This document shows positions 41,681 to 55,317 of a stretch of DNA of 64,000 bases, one piece after another. Numbering within the stretch: position 1 is the first letter of the stretch; each line of letters starts with the position of its first letter. The position numbers and the translations under genes were made by a program. The DNA is taken from contig NC_068983.1 of the NCBI RefSeq assembly GCF_001194135.2, forward strand, positions 134,195,525-134,259,524. Direction: 5' to 3'. Below the pieces are notes generated by a model. The model searched no databases. It was not told the origin of the DNA and saw only the letters and a program-made list of their open reading frames with translations. This stretch comes from Octopus bimaculoides (lineage: Eukaryota).

Positions 41681-42063
41681 TCTGTACTTGTGCGTGTTTT
41701 CTTCTGACTAGATTTTATTGTCTTGTTTGACCGGTCATCCCGTACTGTCTTTCTGTCTTGTGCTACGGTTATACAAACATAATACAAGCGGAATTGGCAT
41801 GTGCTTCTTGCATCGTACCTTCACAGCTATTCACCTTTTATATATATCATAAATATTATTCTTTTCTAAATTTCAAAAACATTTTTACGTTCGTTCTTTT
41901 CCTTTTCTTTTCTTTTCTTTTATTTTTGGAAAGTTTTTTTGTCATTCATGCCATATTGTTCTTCATATAACGTCTACTTATAATTAACAATTGAAACAGT
42001 TGTTGGTTAGTGTCAGGTCAACCCAAATCGAGCGAACATATGGTTAAAGGTGTTCCACACGTA

Positions 42064-42213
42064 CTAGCGTAGCTAGAGTGTGTACCGCCCATGGCGGCTC
42101 TTCCGTTTGCCACCCTCAGACTCCACAAAAAATACATATTGCCTACAGCAGACCCAAAAGTGTCACCTCTTTAAAAGTGCTGCCCTGGGCGGACCGCCCC
42201 GTAGCTACACTAG
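42064..42213. mobile_element. Probable MITE
   Basis: Terminal inverted CTAGCGTAGCTA / TAGCTACACTAG (11/12). GC-rich subterminal CCGCCC motifs at both ends. TSD unclear. Confidence 0.5.
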
Positions 42214-42848
42214 TGTCCACGCGTGAATTTTCTGTCTTTTATTCAAATATACCGTATCTATAGCAACAAAGATGTGTATAATATTTCTATTATATACCTC
42301 TTTTGTCGTATCTATAGCAACATAATCTACTACGTCTTTGGAGCGGGGAGACGATTGCGTATAATTTGAAGGGGAAGTAGCTATTATCTTTTTCACGCTG
42401 TGCGACCAAATACAAACTTCCTTGTTGTTTCGTTGATAACAGACAGTGTTTTCTGATGTTAAATCAAGTAGAACTATGCATATTCTCTCCGCGGGGGTGG
42501 GTCAGTATGCCATCTGTTGTGTCGAGTATGATTCAGTACAAGATTTGAAAATTTGGGGATCTTGTTCAAAACGGGGGCACCAGTATTTTCTTCTTAACAA
42601 CAAAACGTACATCGCAAGTTATTTCATGTTAAAGTTGTCGCATTTCTGTAATTTCAACCAATGACTGACGTCCATTCAGCCGAATAACAGTAAGTGCTGA
42701 CTACGTAAACAAACGATTGTCAAACGATTTTGGCGGTGATAAAATTATTATTTCCTTGTCAAATAATGGCTGAAGCATATTGGCAGTAGCTAATAAACCT
42801 TTCTATTATAGGCACAAGGCATGGTTTTTGAGGGAAGGAGCAAGTCAA

Positions 42849-42872
42849 TTAGGGTTAGGGTTAGGGTTAGGG
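42849..42872 (+). repeat. Interstitial (TTAGGG)4
   Basis: Read directly. It abuts a minus-strand 3' fragment of SINE family A at about 42790-42848. Confidence 0.9.
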
Positions 42873-44469
42873 AAAACGAACACACGTGTGTTGCCTCTGC
42901 AAAATGTCAGAAGTAATGGAGATTAAATACGCTTTACACCGCTTCAACTGCCAAAGGAGTAACTTGTAAACAGCTGAATACTTGTCAGTGATTGGTTAAA
43001 ATTATCGAAATAAGACAATTTTTTACATGAAATAAATTCGAATACAAAATTTTTTTTCTGTTGTATAACACAAAATAGATAAGTATACGAAGTTTGAAAG
43101 TCTTTCGGTACCAAAAACACTACATAAAACATAAATGAAAACTGGTGACCCCGTTTTGAACAAGATCCAAATTGTGTATATCTTCCTTGTCCAATTGCAC
43201 GTTACGGAGATATTTCGCGTGTATAGTATAACGATTCAACATGTAGTATAAACAACTTCATATAGGGTAACTCATTCATGTAGTGTAACTTATTTATGCG
43301 TTGAAACTTATTCATGTAATGTAGCTACTTTATGTAACTTATTCATGTAACCGGCTGAAGTTCACACTGATCGAGGTTATAACTTTGGGAGAATTTCAAT
43401 TCAATACTGTAGTCTACAGAAACTGTCATCCAATAAAACTTAGATAAAACTTAGATTTGTTTCGACCAAAAATTGGTCCAGGCCATGTCTAGTGTCTGAT
43501 GGATCTTTTTTTTTTTTTTCTCTACTTTTCTACTGGTACTAAATACCTTTGAAACAGAATGTAGTAAAGGACATTGAATGTATATGGTTGTGAACAGTTG
43601 AGGAACAATTACGGGGCAATTTGGGACACTTATTCTGAAAATGACATTCTCTGTCAAAACTTCTCTACTAAAATGGATNNNNNNNNNNNNNNNNNNNNNN
43701 NNNNNNNNNNNNNNNNNNNNNNNNNNNNNNNNNNNNNNNNNNNNNNNNNNNNNNNNNNNNNNNNNNNNNNNNNNNNNNNNNNNNNNNNNNNNNNNNNNNN
43801 NNNNNNNNNNNNNNNNNNNNNNNNNNNNNNNNNNNNNNNNNNNNNNNNNNNNNNNNNNNNNNNNNNNNNNNNNNNNNNNNNNNNNNNNNNNNNNNNNNNN
43901 NNNNNNNNNNNNNNNNNNNNNNNNNNNNNNNNNNNNNNNNNNNNNNNNNNNNNNNNNNNNNNNNNNNNNNNNNNNNNNNNNNNNNNNNNNNNNNNNNNNN
44001 NNNNNNNNNNNNNNNNNNNNNNNNNNNNNNNNNNNNNNNNNNNNNNNNNNNNNNNNNNNNNNNNNNNNNNNNNNNNNNNNNNNNNNNNNNNNNNNNNNNN
44101 NNNNNNNNNNNNNNNNNNNNNNNNNNNNNNNNNNNNNNNNNNNNNNNNNNNNNNNNNNNNNNNNNNNNNNNNNNNNNNNNNNNNNNNNNNNNNNNNNNNN
44201 NNNNNNNNNNNNNNNNNNNNNNNNNNNNNNNNNNNNNNNNNNNNNNNNNNNNNNNNNNNNNNNNNNNNNNNNNNNNNNNNNNNNNNNNNNNNNNNNNNNN
44301 NNNNNNNNNNNNNNNNNNNNNNNNNNNNNNNNNNNNNNNNNNNNNNNNNNNNNNNNNNNNNNNNNNNNNNNNNNNNNNNNNNNNNNNNNNNNNNNNNNNN
44401 NNNNNNNNNNNNNNNNNNNNNNNNNNNNNNNNNNNNNNNNNNNNNNNNNNNNNNNNNNNNNNNNNNNNN

Positions 44470-44517
<48 letters not shown>

Positions 44518-44960
44518 TTGTCTGTTTGTTCGGTGAGGGTGGTTATATAAGTAGTGGTAGTAACTACATACAGAACCATCGCAAGGGTTGAAGCTTGAAA
44601 CAGTAAACTTCGTTCTCCAGGTAAATTAAGAGTGCAGCTTGTATGCAACTCGTGATGATGCAGAGCCTACAATTTTTTAAATTATTTTGTTTTTCTCTAG
44701 TATATTGTGGTTAAGACATAGTTGGAGTAAACGCTGAGTGTGTGGCCGTATTGTATTTGTGTGAATGATTATCATTTGCCTTTTATCATTTACTTGTTTC
44801 GTTCTCCAGTTGGACGAAGAGTGCATTTTGTATATATTGTTTGCCTCGACTGGGTAGGAAGTGAGAGTGTAATTTTAGGATACCAATCTGGGGCACTACC
44901 TTGAAGGGTTTAGTCGAACAAAGTGATACCAGTACTTATTTTTTAACCCTGATACTTATT

Positions 44961-46140
44961 TACTTTATTTACATTATTTACATTCGACGGATATTTGTCC
45001 TCATCTTGTTTGTTAACACAACGTTTCGGCTGATATAGCCTCAGGTGTCTTGGGGAAATTTCGAACCTGGGTTCTCATTCCTAAGGTATTTTTCGATGTT
45101 TATTATTATTATTATTATTATTATTTTATGTTTGACTTTTGTTTTGCATTTGTACAAGTTGGATCCAAGTCTCACCCAGAGACCTCAAGAGACAACAAGT
45201 TAGAAGTTCATGTAGGTGTTATGCCTAGGGTACCATATATTTGGATTTGTACAGTTTTGTTCAAGTGAATGTTTAAGAAACCATAAGAAAATTATGTTTG
45301 CTTTAAAATTTGNNNNNNNNNNNNNNNNNNNNNNNNNNNNNNNNNNNNNNNNNNNNNNNNNNNNNNNNNNNNNNNNNNNNNNNNNNNNNNNNNNNNNNNN
45401 NNNNNNNNNNNNNNNNNNNNNNNNNNNNNNNNNNNNNNNNNNNNNNNNNNNNNNNNNNNNNNNNNNNNNNNNNNNNNNNNNNNNNNNNNNNNNNNNNNNN
45501 NNNNNNNNNNNNNNNNNNNNNNNNNNNNNNNNNNNNNNNNNNNNNNNNNNNNNNNNNNNNNNNNNNNNNNNNNNNNNNNNNNNNNNNNNNNNNNNNNNNN
45601 NNNNNNNNNNNNNNNNNNNNNNNNNNNNNNNNNNNNNNNNNNNNNNNNNNNNNNNNNNNNNNNNNNNNNNNNNNNNNNNNNNNNNNNNNNNNNNNNNNNN
45701 NNNNNNNNNNNNNNNNNNNNNNNNNNNNNNNNNNNNNNNNNNNNNNNNNNNNNNNNNNNNNNNNNNNNNNNNNNNNNNNNNNNNNNNNNNNNNNNNNNNN
45801 NNNNNNNNNNNNNNNNNNNNNNNNNNNNNNNNNNNNNNNNNNNNNNNNNNNNNNNNNNNNNNNNNNNNNNNNNNNNNNNNNNNNNNNNNNNNNNNNNNNN
45901 NNNNNNNNNNNNNNNNNNNNNNNNNNNNNNNNNNNNNNNNNNNNNNNNNNNNNNNNNNNNNNNNNNNNNNNNNNNNNNNNNNNNNNNNNNNNNNNNNNNN
46001 NNNNNNNNNNNNNNNNNNNNNNNNNNNNNNNNNNNNNNNNNNNNNNNNNNNNNNNNNNNNNNNNNNNNNNNNNNNNNNNNNNNNNNNNNNNNNNNNNNNN
46101 NNNNNNNNNNNNNNNNNNNNNNNNNNNNNNNNNNNNNNNN

Positions 46141-46198
<58 letters not shown>

Positions 46199-46373
46199 TA
46201 AACATCGAAAAATACCTTAGGAATGAGAACCCAGGTTCGAAATTTCCCCAAGACACCTGAAGAAAGCTGGAGGGTATATCAGCCGAAACGTTGTGTTAAC
46301 AACAAACAAGATGAGGACAAATATCCGTCAAATGTAAATAATGTACATAATTCTTCATCTCTTAAATATAGAA
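44961..46373. mobile_element. Penelope-like element with inverted terminal arms (about 44971-45110 and 46198-46344); interior mostly gap
   Basis: About 140-bp inverted arms. 13-bp TSD CCTGATACTTATT at 44948-44960 and 46374-46386. The arms carry a CTGAAGA...CCGAAACG hammerhead-type motif, characteristic of Penelope pseudo-LTRs. Confidence 0.7.
46252..46297 (+). ncRNA. Minimal type-I hammerhead ribozyme motif
   Basis: GACAC-CTGAAGA-A-AGCTG[GAGGGTATAT]CAGCC-GAAAC-GTT-GTGTT: stem I ACAC/GTGT, core CUGANGA and GAAA, stem II GCTG/CAGC, essentially no stem III. Confidence 0.6.
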
Positions 46374-47189
46374 CCTGATACTTATTCCATCGGATTCTTT
46401 GGCCAGGCCGCTAAGTTATGGTGACGTAAACAAGCCAACACCAGTCAACTGCTGGAGGGGAATATTAACATATTCAAAGAAACACACACAAACATACACA
46501 CATACACACATACACACGCGCGCTTTGATCGGCCCGAGCCTAAAGTAAAAGATACTTTCCCAATGTGCCTTGCAATGGGACTGAACCCGGAGCCATGTGG
46601 TGGGGAAGCAAACTTCCTACCACTCAGCCATACCTCCGCCTACAGTCACACCTGCATGTATTTTTTTTTCTATATGTATGTGATGAATGGATGGATGGAT
46701 GGATGGATGGATGGATGGATGGAGGGATGGATCGTTCGATCGATCGATGAATGGATGGATCGATGGGTGAATGGATGGATGGATACAGTATACACACACA
46801 AGAGCATACAGAGCTGCAACTGCACGCGTGCATCATTCACGCACGAATAATATATCTTCATTGAAGCCTACCTGACTCAGCATAAAAATGGGTCATAGTC
46901 AAACCGAGGTCTGGGTCACATTAAACTTCAAAGTAGTGATGATCGTTACGATCGATCATAATTCAAGAATTTACGCTTTTATACATCATTTCTAGTTCCT
47001 TTCTCTTTTATTCACTTTTTTATTCGTTCCTAGTCATTCCCTTTTTTCCCCTTACAATATGGATTTGATTGGTCGTTTCTGTTGTTCTTTATTAGCTATA
47101 TATATATATNNNNNNNNNNNNNNNNNNNNNNNNNNNNNNNNNNNNNNNNNNNNNNNNNNNNNNNNNNNNNNNNNNNNNNNNNNNNNNNN

Positions 47190-47245
<56 letters not shown>

Positions 47246-47395
47246 TTCTTGAAATTAATTAATTAACAGAAATTGGACACAATAATTAATGTGCACAATT
47301 CACTTCAGTATTCTTTTTTGTTACAATTTATTTCCTAACTACGCCATCATCACCACCATAATCCTCATCGTCCTCATTGTCATCATCATTTTCAC

Positions 47396-47445
<50 letters not shown>

Positions 47446-47559
47446 ACGTCATCATAACCACGAACACCAAGAAGAACACCACTACCACCACAACCACAAC
47501 CATCTTCATTATTATCATCATCTTCATCATTCGCCATCATCATCATTGAATGATCAAAA

Positions 47560-47646
<87 letters not shown>

Positions 47647-47926
47647 AAGCGGTAATTGTTCTTGTCATTTCTCATCATTGCAAAATCAAACTCTGATTCG
47701 TATGTGTCATGGATCAAAAGGTTTAGGTTAACACCCAAAATGATGTGTGCGTGTGTGTGTGTGTGCGTGTGTGTATGTATGTGTGTGAATGTGTGTGTGT
47801 GTATGTGTGTGTGTGTGAGAGAGTGTGTGTGTGTATGTATGTGTGTTGGGTGTGTGTGTGTGGGTGTATAAACAGATAAATAGACAGATAGATATATGCA
47901 TGTATAGATGTAGGTATGTGCGTGTG

Positions 47927-47973
<47 letters not shown>

Positions 47974-48117
47974 ATTTGAAAAACTTACACGACTAGGTGA
48001 AAAGCGCTTCATTTAATATGTGACATTAATAAAAATCTGTAAATGTACAAACATCCAGGTTTCTGAGTACCTTAATTTTTTATATATAATTTATGTACAT
48101 CACCTCCAAGCCTTCAA

Positions 48118-48167
<50 letters not shown>

Positions 48168-48209
48168 ATATGTATGTATTTATATATAGATAGATATGTG
48201 TGTGTGTAC

Positions 48210-48240
<31 letters not shown>

Positions 48241-48275
48241 TGCATGTATGTATGTATGTATGTATGTATGTATGT

Positions 48276-48314
<39 letters not shown>

Positions 48315-48480
48315 CATTTCTNNNNNNNNNNNNNNNNNNNNNNNNNNNNNNNNNNNNNNNNNNNNNNNNNNNNNNNNNNNNNNNNNGGGGGAAGGAAGGA
48401 AAAAAAAAAAAAAAATTGGTGGTGTCGATCAAAAGGGATCGTAGGAAGGGAAAAAGGGGGAGTTCGATCAAAAGGGATCG

Positions 48481-48546
<66 letters not shown>

Positions 48547-49521
48547 TGGGTTGGGCGGTATACCAGAAATACCTCAAATATGTAGATCGGTGTAATCTAT
48601 ATAAAAAGCGTTTGATACTAATGCCTATGGATATGATTATATCAATGATGCGTAAGGGTAGAGAAAACACGCTGGTGAAATCGAAGACTATAGAGGAGCT
48701 GATTCCATTTTTTCTATCCATGGTGAAATTGTATGAACAATGACAGACGCGTATTCAATTAATTCTAATTAGTTCTCATGGCAATACTGACTCAGATCTA
48801 TAGGATCATTCTGCAGTATACGATAGCATCAAAAACGAACGCTACCAACACGTCATTTCACATACATCCTTACACTAACACACGATCACTGATATTCAAA
48901 TACGCACACACACGCACACGCACACACGTACACATACACATACATGCATGCATGCAATAAATAAATAAATAAATTAGTTAAAGAAAATTATCTTGTGACA
49001 TTTCATGAGTTAGCCAATCGTTATGAAGCCCATTTTCACAAACAAATGCTTATGCCAGATCAGTTGCATTACTACCTAAGTGGTTCACCTAATACGCAAG
49101 ACTTTTTCCAAAGTTGTCATACCATTACAGAAATAAGCATGCTTGTTGTCTGAAGTTAAGAGGACAGTCATGGACGTGTTTCTGGCTCAACAAGCGTCAT
49201 CGGTTCAAGAATTGCCCGACCTTACCTCCAGTAAATGGATTTAGACAAAACAATAGAAAATATTTATGGCCTAGGCGGTGCCCTAGCATGGCCGCAGCTC
49301 CCGAGCTGTAACGAGTTGAAGAGTTGAGGAGTTAGATAATTTGCGTAATTTTAACAAAAATGGGCTAAGTGAAATATCAGAGAATGGCAAGTGGCATATA
49401 CTTGAACAACGTAGACAAATAAAGGGTCAGCAACGTAGACAAATAAAGGATCAGCAAGTAGCATATAAAATTAATTATCGATTTATACAAATAATCTCCA
49501 CCCTATTTTTTTTTTATATTT

Positions 49522-49563
<42 letters not shown>

Positions 49564-49789
49564 GAGTTTGTGTGTGTGTATGTCTGTATTTGTCTACATA
49601 TATATGTGTGCGTGTGTGGCACGCGTATGTTCATGTGTATGTGAATGCATGTGTGTGTGTGTGTGTGCATGTGTGTGTAGGTATGAATGTATCGATGTAT
49701 GTATATATATATATATTATACACTTGTATGAATATATATATGTGAATATATATATCTATATATATATGAATATATATATGCTTATATAT

Positions 49790-50486
49790 ATATGCATATA
49801 TATGTGCATATATACACACATACATTCGTATTTGGAATAAAGCAGCTGATAATGACATGTCTTGGTTCCTTTTTTAATTCCTTTTAGATAGTCCACTCTG
49901 TGTTTATGTTCTTTCTATATTTGTATGTCTATCTATATTTCGACGTGAAATCTGAAGTTATTTCTCGTTGCTGCAGGGTTATGAATGCGGCAGTGTTTGG
50001 AACACTGCAAGNNNNNNNNNNNNNNNNNNNNNNNNNNNNNNNNNNNNNNNNNNNNNNNNNNNNNNNNNNNNNNNNNNNNNNNNNNNNNNNNNNNNNNNNN
50101 NNNNNNNNNNNNNNNNNNNNNNNNNNNNNNNNNNNNNNNNNNNNNNNNNNNNNNNNNNNNNNNNNNNNNNNNNNNNNNNNNNNNNNNNNNNNNNNNNNNN
50201 NNNNNNNNNNNNNNNNNNNNNNNNNNNNNNNNNNNNNNNNNNNNNNNNNNNNNNNNNNNNNNNNNNNNNNNNNNNNNNNNNNNNNNNNNNNNNNNNNNNN
50301 NNNNNNNNNNNNNNNNNNNNNNNNNNNNNNNNNNNNNNNNNNNNNNNNNNNNNNNNNNNNNNNNNNNNNNNNNNNNNNNNNNNNNNNNNNNNNNNNNNNN
50401 NNNNNNNNNNNNNNNNNNNNNNNNNNNNNNNNNNNNNNNNNNNNNNNNNNNNNNNNNNNNNNNNNNNNNNNNNNNNNNNNNNNATA

Positions 50487-50523
<37 letters not shown>

Positions 50524-50741
50524 GCATATATATGTGCATATATACACACATACATTCGTATTTGGAATAAAGCAGCTGATAATGACATGTCTTGGTTCCT
50601 TTTTTAATTCCTTTTAGATAGTCCACTCTGTGTTTATGTTCTTTCTATATTTGTATGTCTATCTATATTTCGACGTGAAATCTGAAGTTATTTCTCGTTG
50701 CTGCAGGGTTATGAATGCGGCAGTGTTTGGAACACTGCAAG
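49790..50741. other. Apparently identical ~220-bp direct duplication across the gap 50012-50483 (probable unmerged contig overlap)
   Basis: About 49790-50011 appears identical to about 50520-50741, and the left copy ends exactly at the N-run. Confidence 0.8.
50707..50740 (+). CDS. Candidate 34-nt micro-exon (GYECGSVWNTA), phase 0 to phase 1
   Basis: TATTTCTCGTTGCTGCAG| acceptor and |GTGAGG donor. The phase-0 start is compatible with the 39381 donor. No homology support. Confidence 0.3.
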
Positions 50742-51087
50742 TGAGGAGTTAAACAAAATATGCAAAGTTATGTCAATGAATGAAGACAAAGAAATTCCAT
50801 GAACTTACAAAATATTGTGTTTAAAAATCCTTCAATATTTCTAAAAAAAAAAAATTTTTTTTTTAAATTCCTTTCTTCAAATAGAATAACACGCTAGAAT
50901 GATATGCCAATGATGATAAATTTCTCCGAACTCTTTATTTCGTTTCTTGTATTTGAAAAGGGGAACTATTTTCCCGAAATATTATAGGATCATTCGACAA
51001 TCTACGGAAGGCACTACAATAGCTTTCTGTTTTTCATTCATTGATATCATCTTACATATTCTGCGTAACTCCTCATCTACGTTGCTC

Positions 51088-51127
<40 letters not shown>

Positions 51128-52124
51128 AATTAAAAGTTTTGAATGGTACAACAGTGCACTATAATACAAAAAATGGACTATATACCTGTTGTAATTTANN
51201 NNNNNNNNNNNNNNNNNNNNNNNNNNNNNNNNNNNNNNNNNNNNNNNNNNNNNNNNNNNNNNNNNNNNNNNNNNNNNNNNNNNNNNNNNNNNNNNNNNNN
51301 NNNNNNNNNNNNNNNNNNNNNNNNNNNNNNNNNNNNNNNNNNNNNNNNNNNNNNNNNNNNNNNNNNNNNNNNNNNNNNNNNNNNNNNNNNNNNNNNNNNN
51401 NNNNNNNNNNNNNNNNNNNNNNNNNNNNNNNNNNNNNNNNNNNNNNNNNNNNNNNNNNNNNNNNNNNNNNNNNNNNNNNNNNNNNNNNNNNNNNNNNNNN
51501 NNNNNNNNNNNNNNNNNNNNNNNNNNNNNNNNNNNNNNNNNNNNNNNNNNNNNNNNNNNNNNNNNNNNNNNNNNNNNNNNNNNNNNNNNNNNNNNNNNNN
51601 NNNNNNNNNNNNNNNNNNNNNNNNNNNNNNNNNNNNNNNNNNNNNNNNNNNNNNNNNNNNNNNNNNNNNNNNNNNNNNNNNNNNNNNNNNNNNNNNNNNN
51701 NNNNNNNNNNNNNNNNNNNNNNNNNNNNNNNNNNNNNNNNNNNNNNNNNNNNNNNNNNNNNNNNNNNNNNNNNNNNNNNNNNNNNNNNNNNNNNNNNNNN
51801 NNNNNNNNNNNNNNNNNNNNNNNNNNNNNNNNNNNNNNNNNNNNNNNNNNNNNNNNNNNNNNNNNNNNNNNNNNNNNNNNNNNNNNNNNNNNNNNNNNNN
51901 NNNNNNNNNNNNNNNNNNNNNNNNNNNNNNNNNNNNNNNNNNNNNNNNNNNNNNNNNNNNNNNNNNNNNNNNNNNNNNNNNNNNNNNNNNNNNNNNNNNN
52001 NNNNNNNNNNNNNNNNNNNNNNNNNNNNNNNNNNNNNNNNNNNNNNNNNNNNNNNNNNNNNNNNNNNNNNNNNNNNNNNNNNNNNNNNNNNNNNNNNNNN
52101 NNNNNNNNNNNNNNNNNNNNNNNN

Positions 52125-52157
<33 letters not shown>

Positions 52158-53229
52158 ATATATATCTTTACGTACATATACACTCACCTATTACAGTGCG
52201 TGCACACTCATGCACAAGCATACACATATACACATGTACAGGTGTATATGTGTGTCTAATCGAAACAACATGATGCCTAATGAAGCGTTACTGTCATTAT
52301 TTATTTTGTCCTACTTTATGTAATTGAATAACAAGTAGACAGAGGCGACAAAGTGTAGACATTTTGTCTCCTTGTTGACGGTATAGCAAAGGGTCCTTGG
52401 CCAAGATACATAATATTCGAATTTCACTGGACGTCTTGTCTATATGCTCCATAAGGAATTAACGCTGTGAAACTGACGAATGTCCTATTAGCTTGAATGG
52501 CTTGACGCAAATACTAACCAAATACTCGTATGTAGTGTCCACTTTTATCTCTAAATAGAAAACGAAATAAAAATACCAATAAGAACGCGCTTTTCAAATT
52601 TAAGATATTATTTTCTACATTTTATATAATAACTAACCTACTCGCATTATTCTAATGATATCTATCTGACAATTGTGACCTATATACTCTACTTGCATTT
52701 CCTTCAAATAGTATAAACTACTTAGTAAACAGACTAAATATTATAGATTGTGTTTAACCAGTCAACAAGAATAATGTTACGCAAATATAGTCCACAACAA
52801 CAAACTGCTAATGTGATCTATAAAGGCAGTTAGCATATATTGTGAATATAGATATATTTAGGTCGCCCAAGAGCAGCCTGCTCAAGCTGTCCTTTATTAC
52901 GCAGCTAGTTGACTGAACGGCAAAGCTGGACCCTCGGAACTATATTCCCAAGTCTTTGCTAAGTTGAGAATGTGACAGTCTGGGTTTGTTACACTCCTTC
53001 CGCCGTTTCGTTTATTCATCTTCTCCTGTAGATCCAGGTAGTGAGAAAATGGATTCTGACAGAGCGAGGCAATTGTCCTTCTGGATTTATTTCGAATGTA
53101 TACATCGCAACACACTGTTTTCTACTAGTGTGACTATTGATGTAGCAGCTATTTACCCTTTCATGCATCATTTATACTTGACTGTGCTGCGTGGGAGAGA
53201 TAGTAATTTTAGATTGAATCTGCAGTAGT

Positions 53230-54230
53230 ATTCTGGGATGTTGTATATGTTTGAGTGTTTGGAAGTGGGTTTTCACGTTGTGGCAGGAATTGTGAAGAGA
53301 AAGGTTAAAGTTTGCTGTGGCAACAGACTGTGCCCTCGCATCACCAGGTTGTGTTTCAATATTGGAATTTTTCTTTCGTTGTATTGGGGACGGGTGCTTA
53401 TGGATTTAGTAACTGTACAGTCTGTTAGAATACGCTGTATAGCGTCTTGAAAACTCATAGTTTATCTTAGCTTGATATAGAGAAATTCGGAGCCCGAATG
53501 GGAGTGATGTAGTCTATGATAGGTCTAATGAATTGTTTTTATACTCCATTGTTGTTTGCTTCTGTTGGTCAAATGTAATACCTGAGTTTGGTCTAAGTAA
53601 ATTTGTGCATTGTCTTATTTTTTTTCTTTGCTGTGAATTATGTTTTTTGCGAATATTATCGAGGTGTTATGCACAACTCCCAGTGAATTCGTATTCTATG
53701 TGTTTGTGATATGTTTATGTTGTAGAGTGCGATAGTTGATTGTATTCGATGTTCGATGTTCGATGTTCTTGGTAAGAAGAGATACGGAGGATTTGATACG
53801 CTTAAATCTTTTGATGTGGACACCTAGGTAATTTATAACGACTTGGAGTAGTTGTGCAGCAATTTCTGGAAAAGGGTGGGAGGCATCTATATTTTGCAGA
53901 TGAATGAGAAAATCGTGTGAATATGGACTGATAAGAGAGGTTGAGAGGATGGACTCTGCAGCTCTTCACTCGGAAAATTACTAATTATGAAGCCTTAGTG
54001 TTCTTGTTATTGACAGTAGAAATTACTCTATACAGTGTTTCATTGATAATTTATGTTTTATCTTGATACAAATATTTCTGTTTCTCTCTGGATTATTTTT
54101 TCTGCTATTTCTTTGCTTGATGGTGAGTTTCATTTTTATGGGTGCTGGTGTAGGGTATTTGAAGATTTTGTTTATGTGGTTGAGTATTTCTGGTGTGTAA
54201 TTAGGGATACGTTCCCTTTACGTTAACTTG
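53230..54230 (-). mobile_element. Degenerate I/Jockey-group LINE (RT C-terminal region); boundaries approximate
   Basis: Frameshifted minus-strand peptides: GITFDQ; YK/QFIRPIIDYITPIRAPN; AIQRILTDCT...YNERKIPILKHNLVMRG. Confidence 0.55.
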
Positions 54231-55104
54231 AAGAATGTGTTTATAAGCATGTGTATGTGTGTGCGCTCGTGCGCTCGTGTGTGTGTGTGCTGGTGATAAT
54301 TATAGTGTTGCTATGCAAGTATATATATGTGTGTGTGCGTGTGTGTAAGTGTGTGTATGTGTCTGCGTGTAGGTGGGAGGTGTGTGTGCGTGCATGTGTA
54401 TTTAGCTTAAGCGCGAAAAACTCACGTCTATGTCGTTGACATAAAGTTATTGATTTTAAGAAGAGGAGAAGGGGGTCAAAGAAGAGAAAGGGGGAGAAAG
54501 GGGGGAGAAGAGAAAGAAGGAGGGAGAGAAAGATCGGTTATGCATGTGTGAATCTGTGTGGAATCATGTGTCTAAAAATGCGTGGGATGTGAAAGAGAGA
54601 GAAGAGAGGAAAAGAGGTGTACTTATACATTCTATAATACTGTTATATAAGAAAAATTCAATACCCATCTCGTTTAAATTGAGCTCACACCTTTTACAAT
54701 TAGCGCACAAAAGATTCATTGCCTTTACGTGAGCAAACAGCGTTCGACGAAAGGAAATTGTACGACATTGTGACTACTAAAAATTAGAAGGAATATTGTA
54801 ATAAGTAGCATGTAGATGCTGTTGTTTAGTTCCAGGTCAACTTGACTCTGGCTTTATTTTCAATATGTCTTTCTGTTAATACTGTAGAGGGTGTTTTGGG
54901 GGATTTGTTCGCTACCTCAAGCAAGGCCAACGACCACGTAGAGACTCTCTCATTGGTTCGTGTAACGTATACTTGTTATCATTGATTCAAATGCAGCAGA
55001 GTTTGATACTACGAGAATATTTTCAGACATTTTAATCGGTTGGTTAAGCAACAATTTCTGCAACTTTTATAAATATCTCCAGCAGCAATAAAACCAATTT
55101 ACGA

Positions 55105-55317
55105 ACCGGCGAGCTGGTAGAAACGTTAGCACGCCGAGCGAGATCCTTAGCGGTATTTCGTCTGTCTTGATGTTCTGGGTTCAAATCCCGCCGAGGTCGC
55201 CTTTGCCTTTTATCTTTTCGAGGTCGATAAATTAAGTACCAGTTGCGTACTGGTTCGATCTAATCGAGTGGCGCCCTTCCCAAAATTTCGGGCTTTGTGC
55301 CAAGAGAAGAAAAAAAA
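55105..55317 (+). mobile_element. SINE family A, full length
   Basis: CCGGCGAGCTGGTAGAAACGTTAGCACGCC head, GGGTTCAAATCCC B-box, core, A-rich tail. Confidence 0.88.

Larger units (their letters stand above)
44888..46642 (-). mobile_element. SINE family B split in two (44888-44960 and 46374-46642) by the Penelope-like insertion
   Basis: The tail fragment is on the left and the head fragment on the right. They are continuous once the insert and the duplicated CCTGATACTTATT are removed. Confidence 0.75.

Noticed and set aside
48425-48481. Duplicated 17-mer TCGATCAAAAGGGATCG mini-hairpins
   Set aside because: They are next to a gap and low-complexity sequence, so low-quality contig-end sequence is likely.
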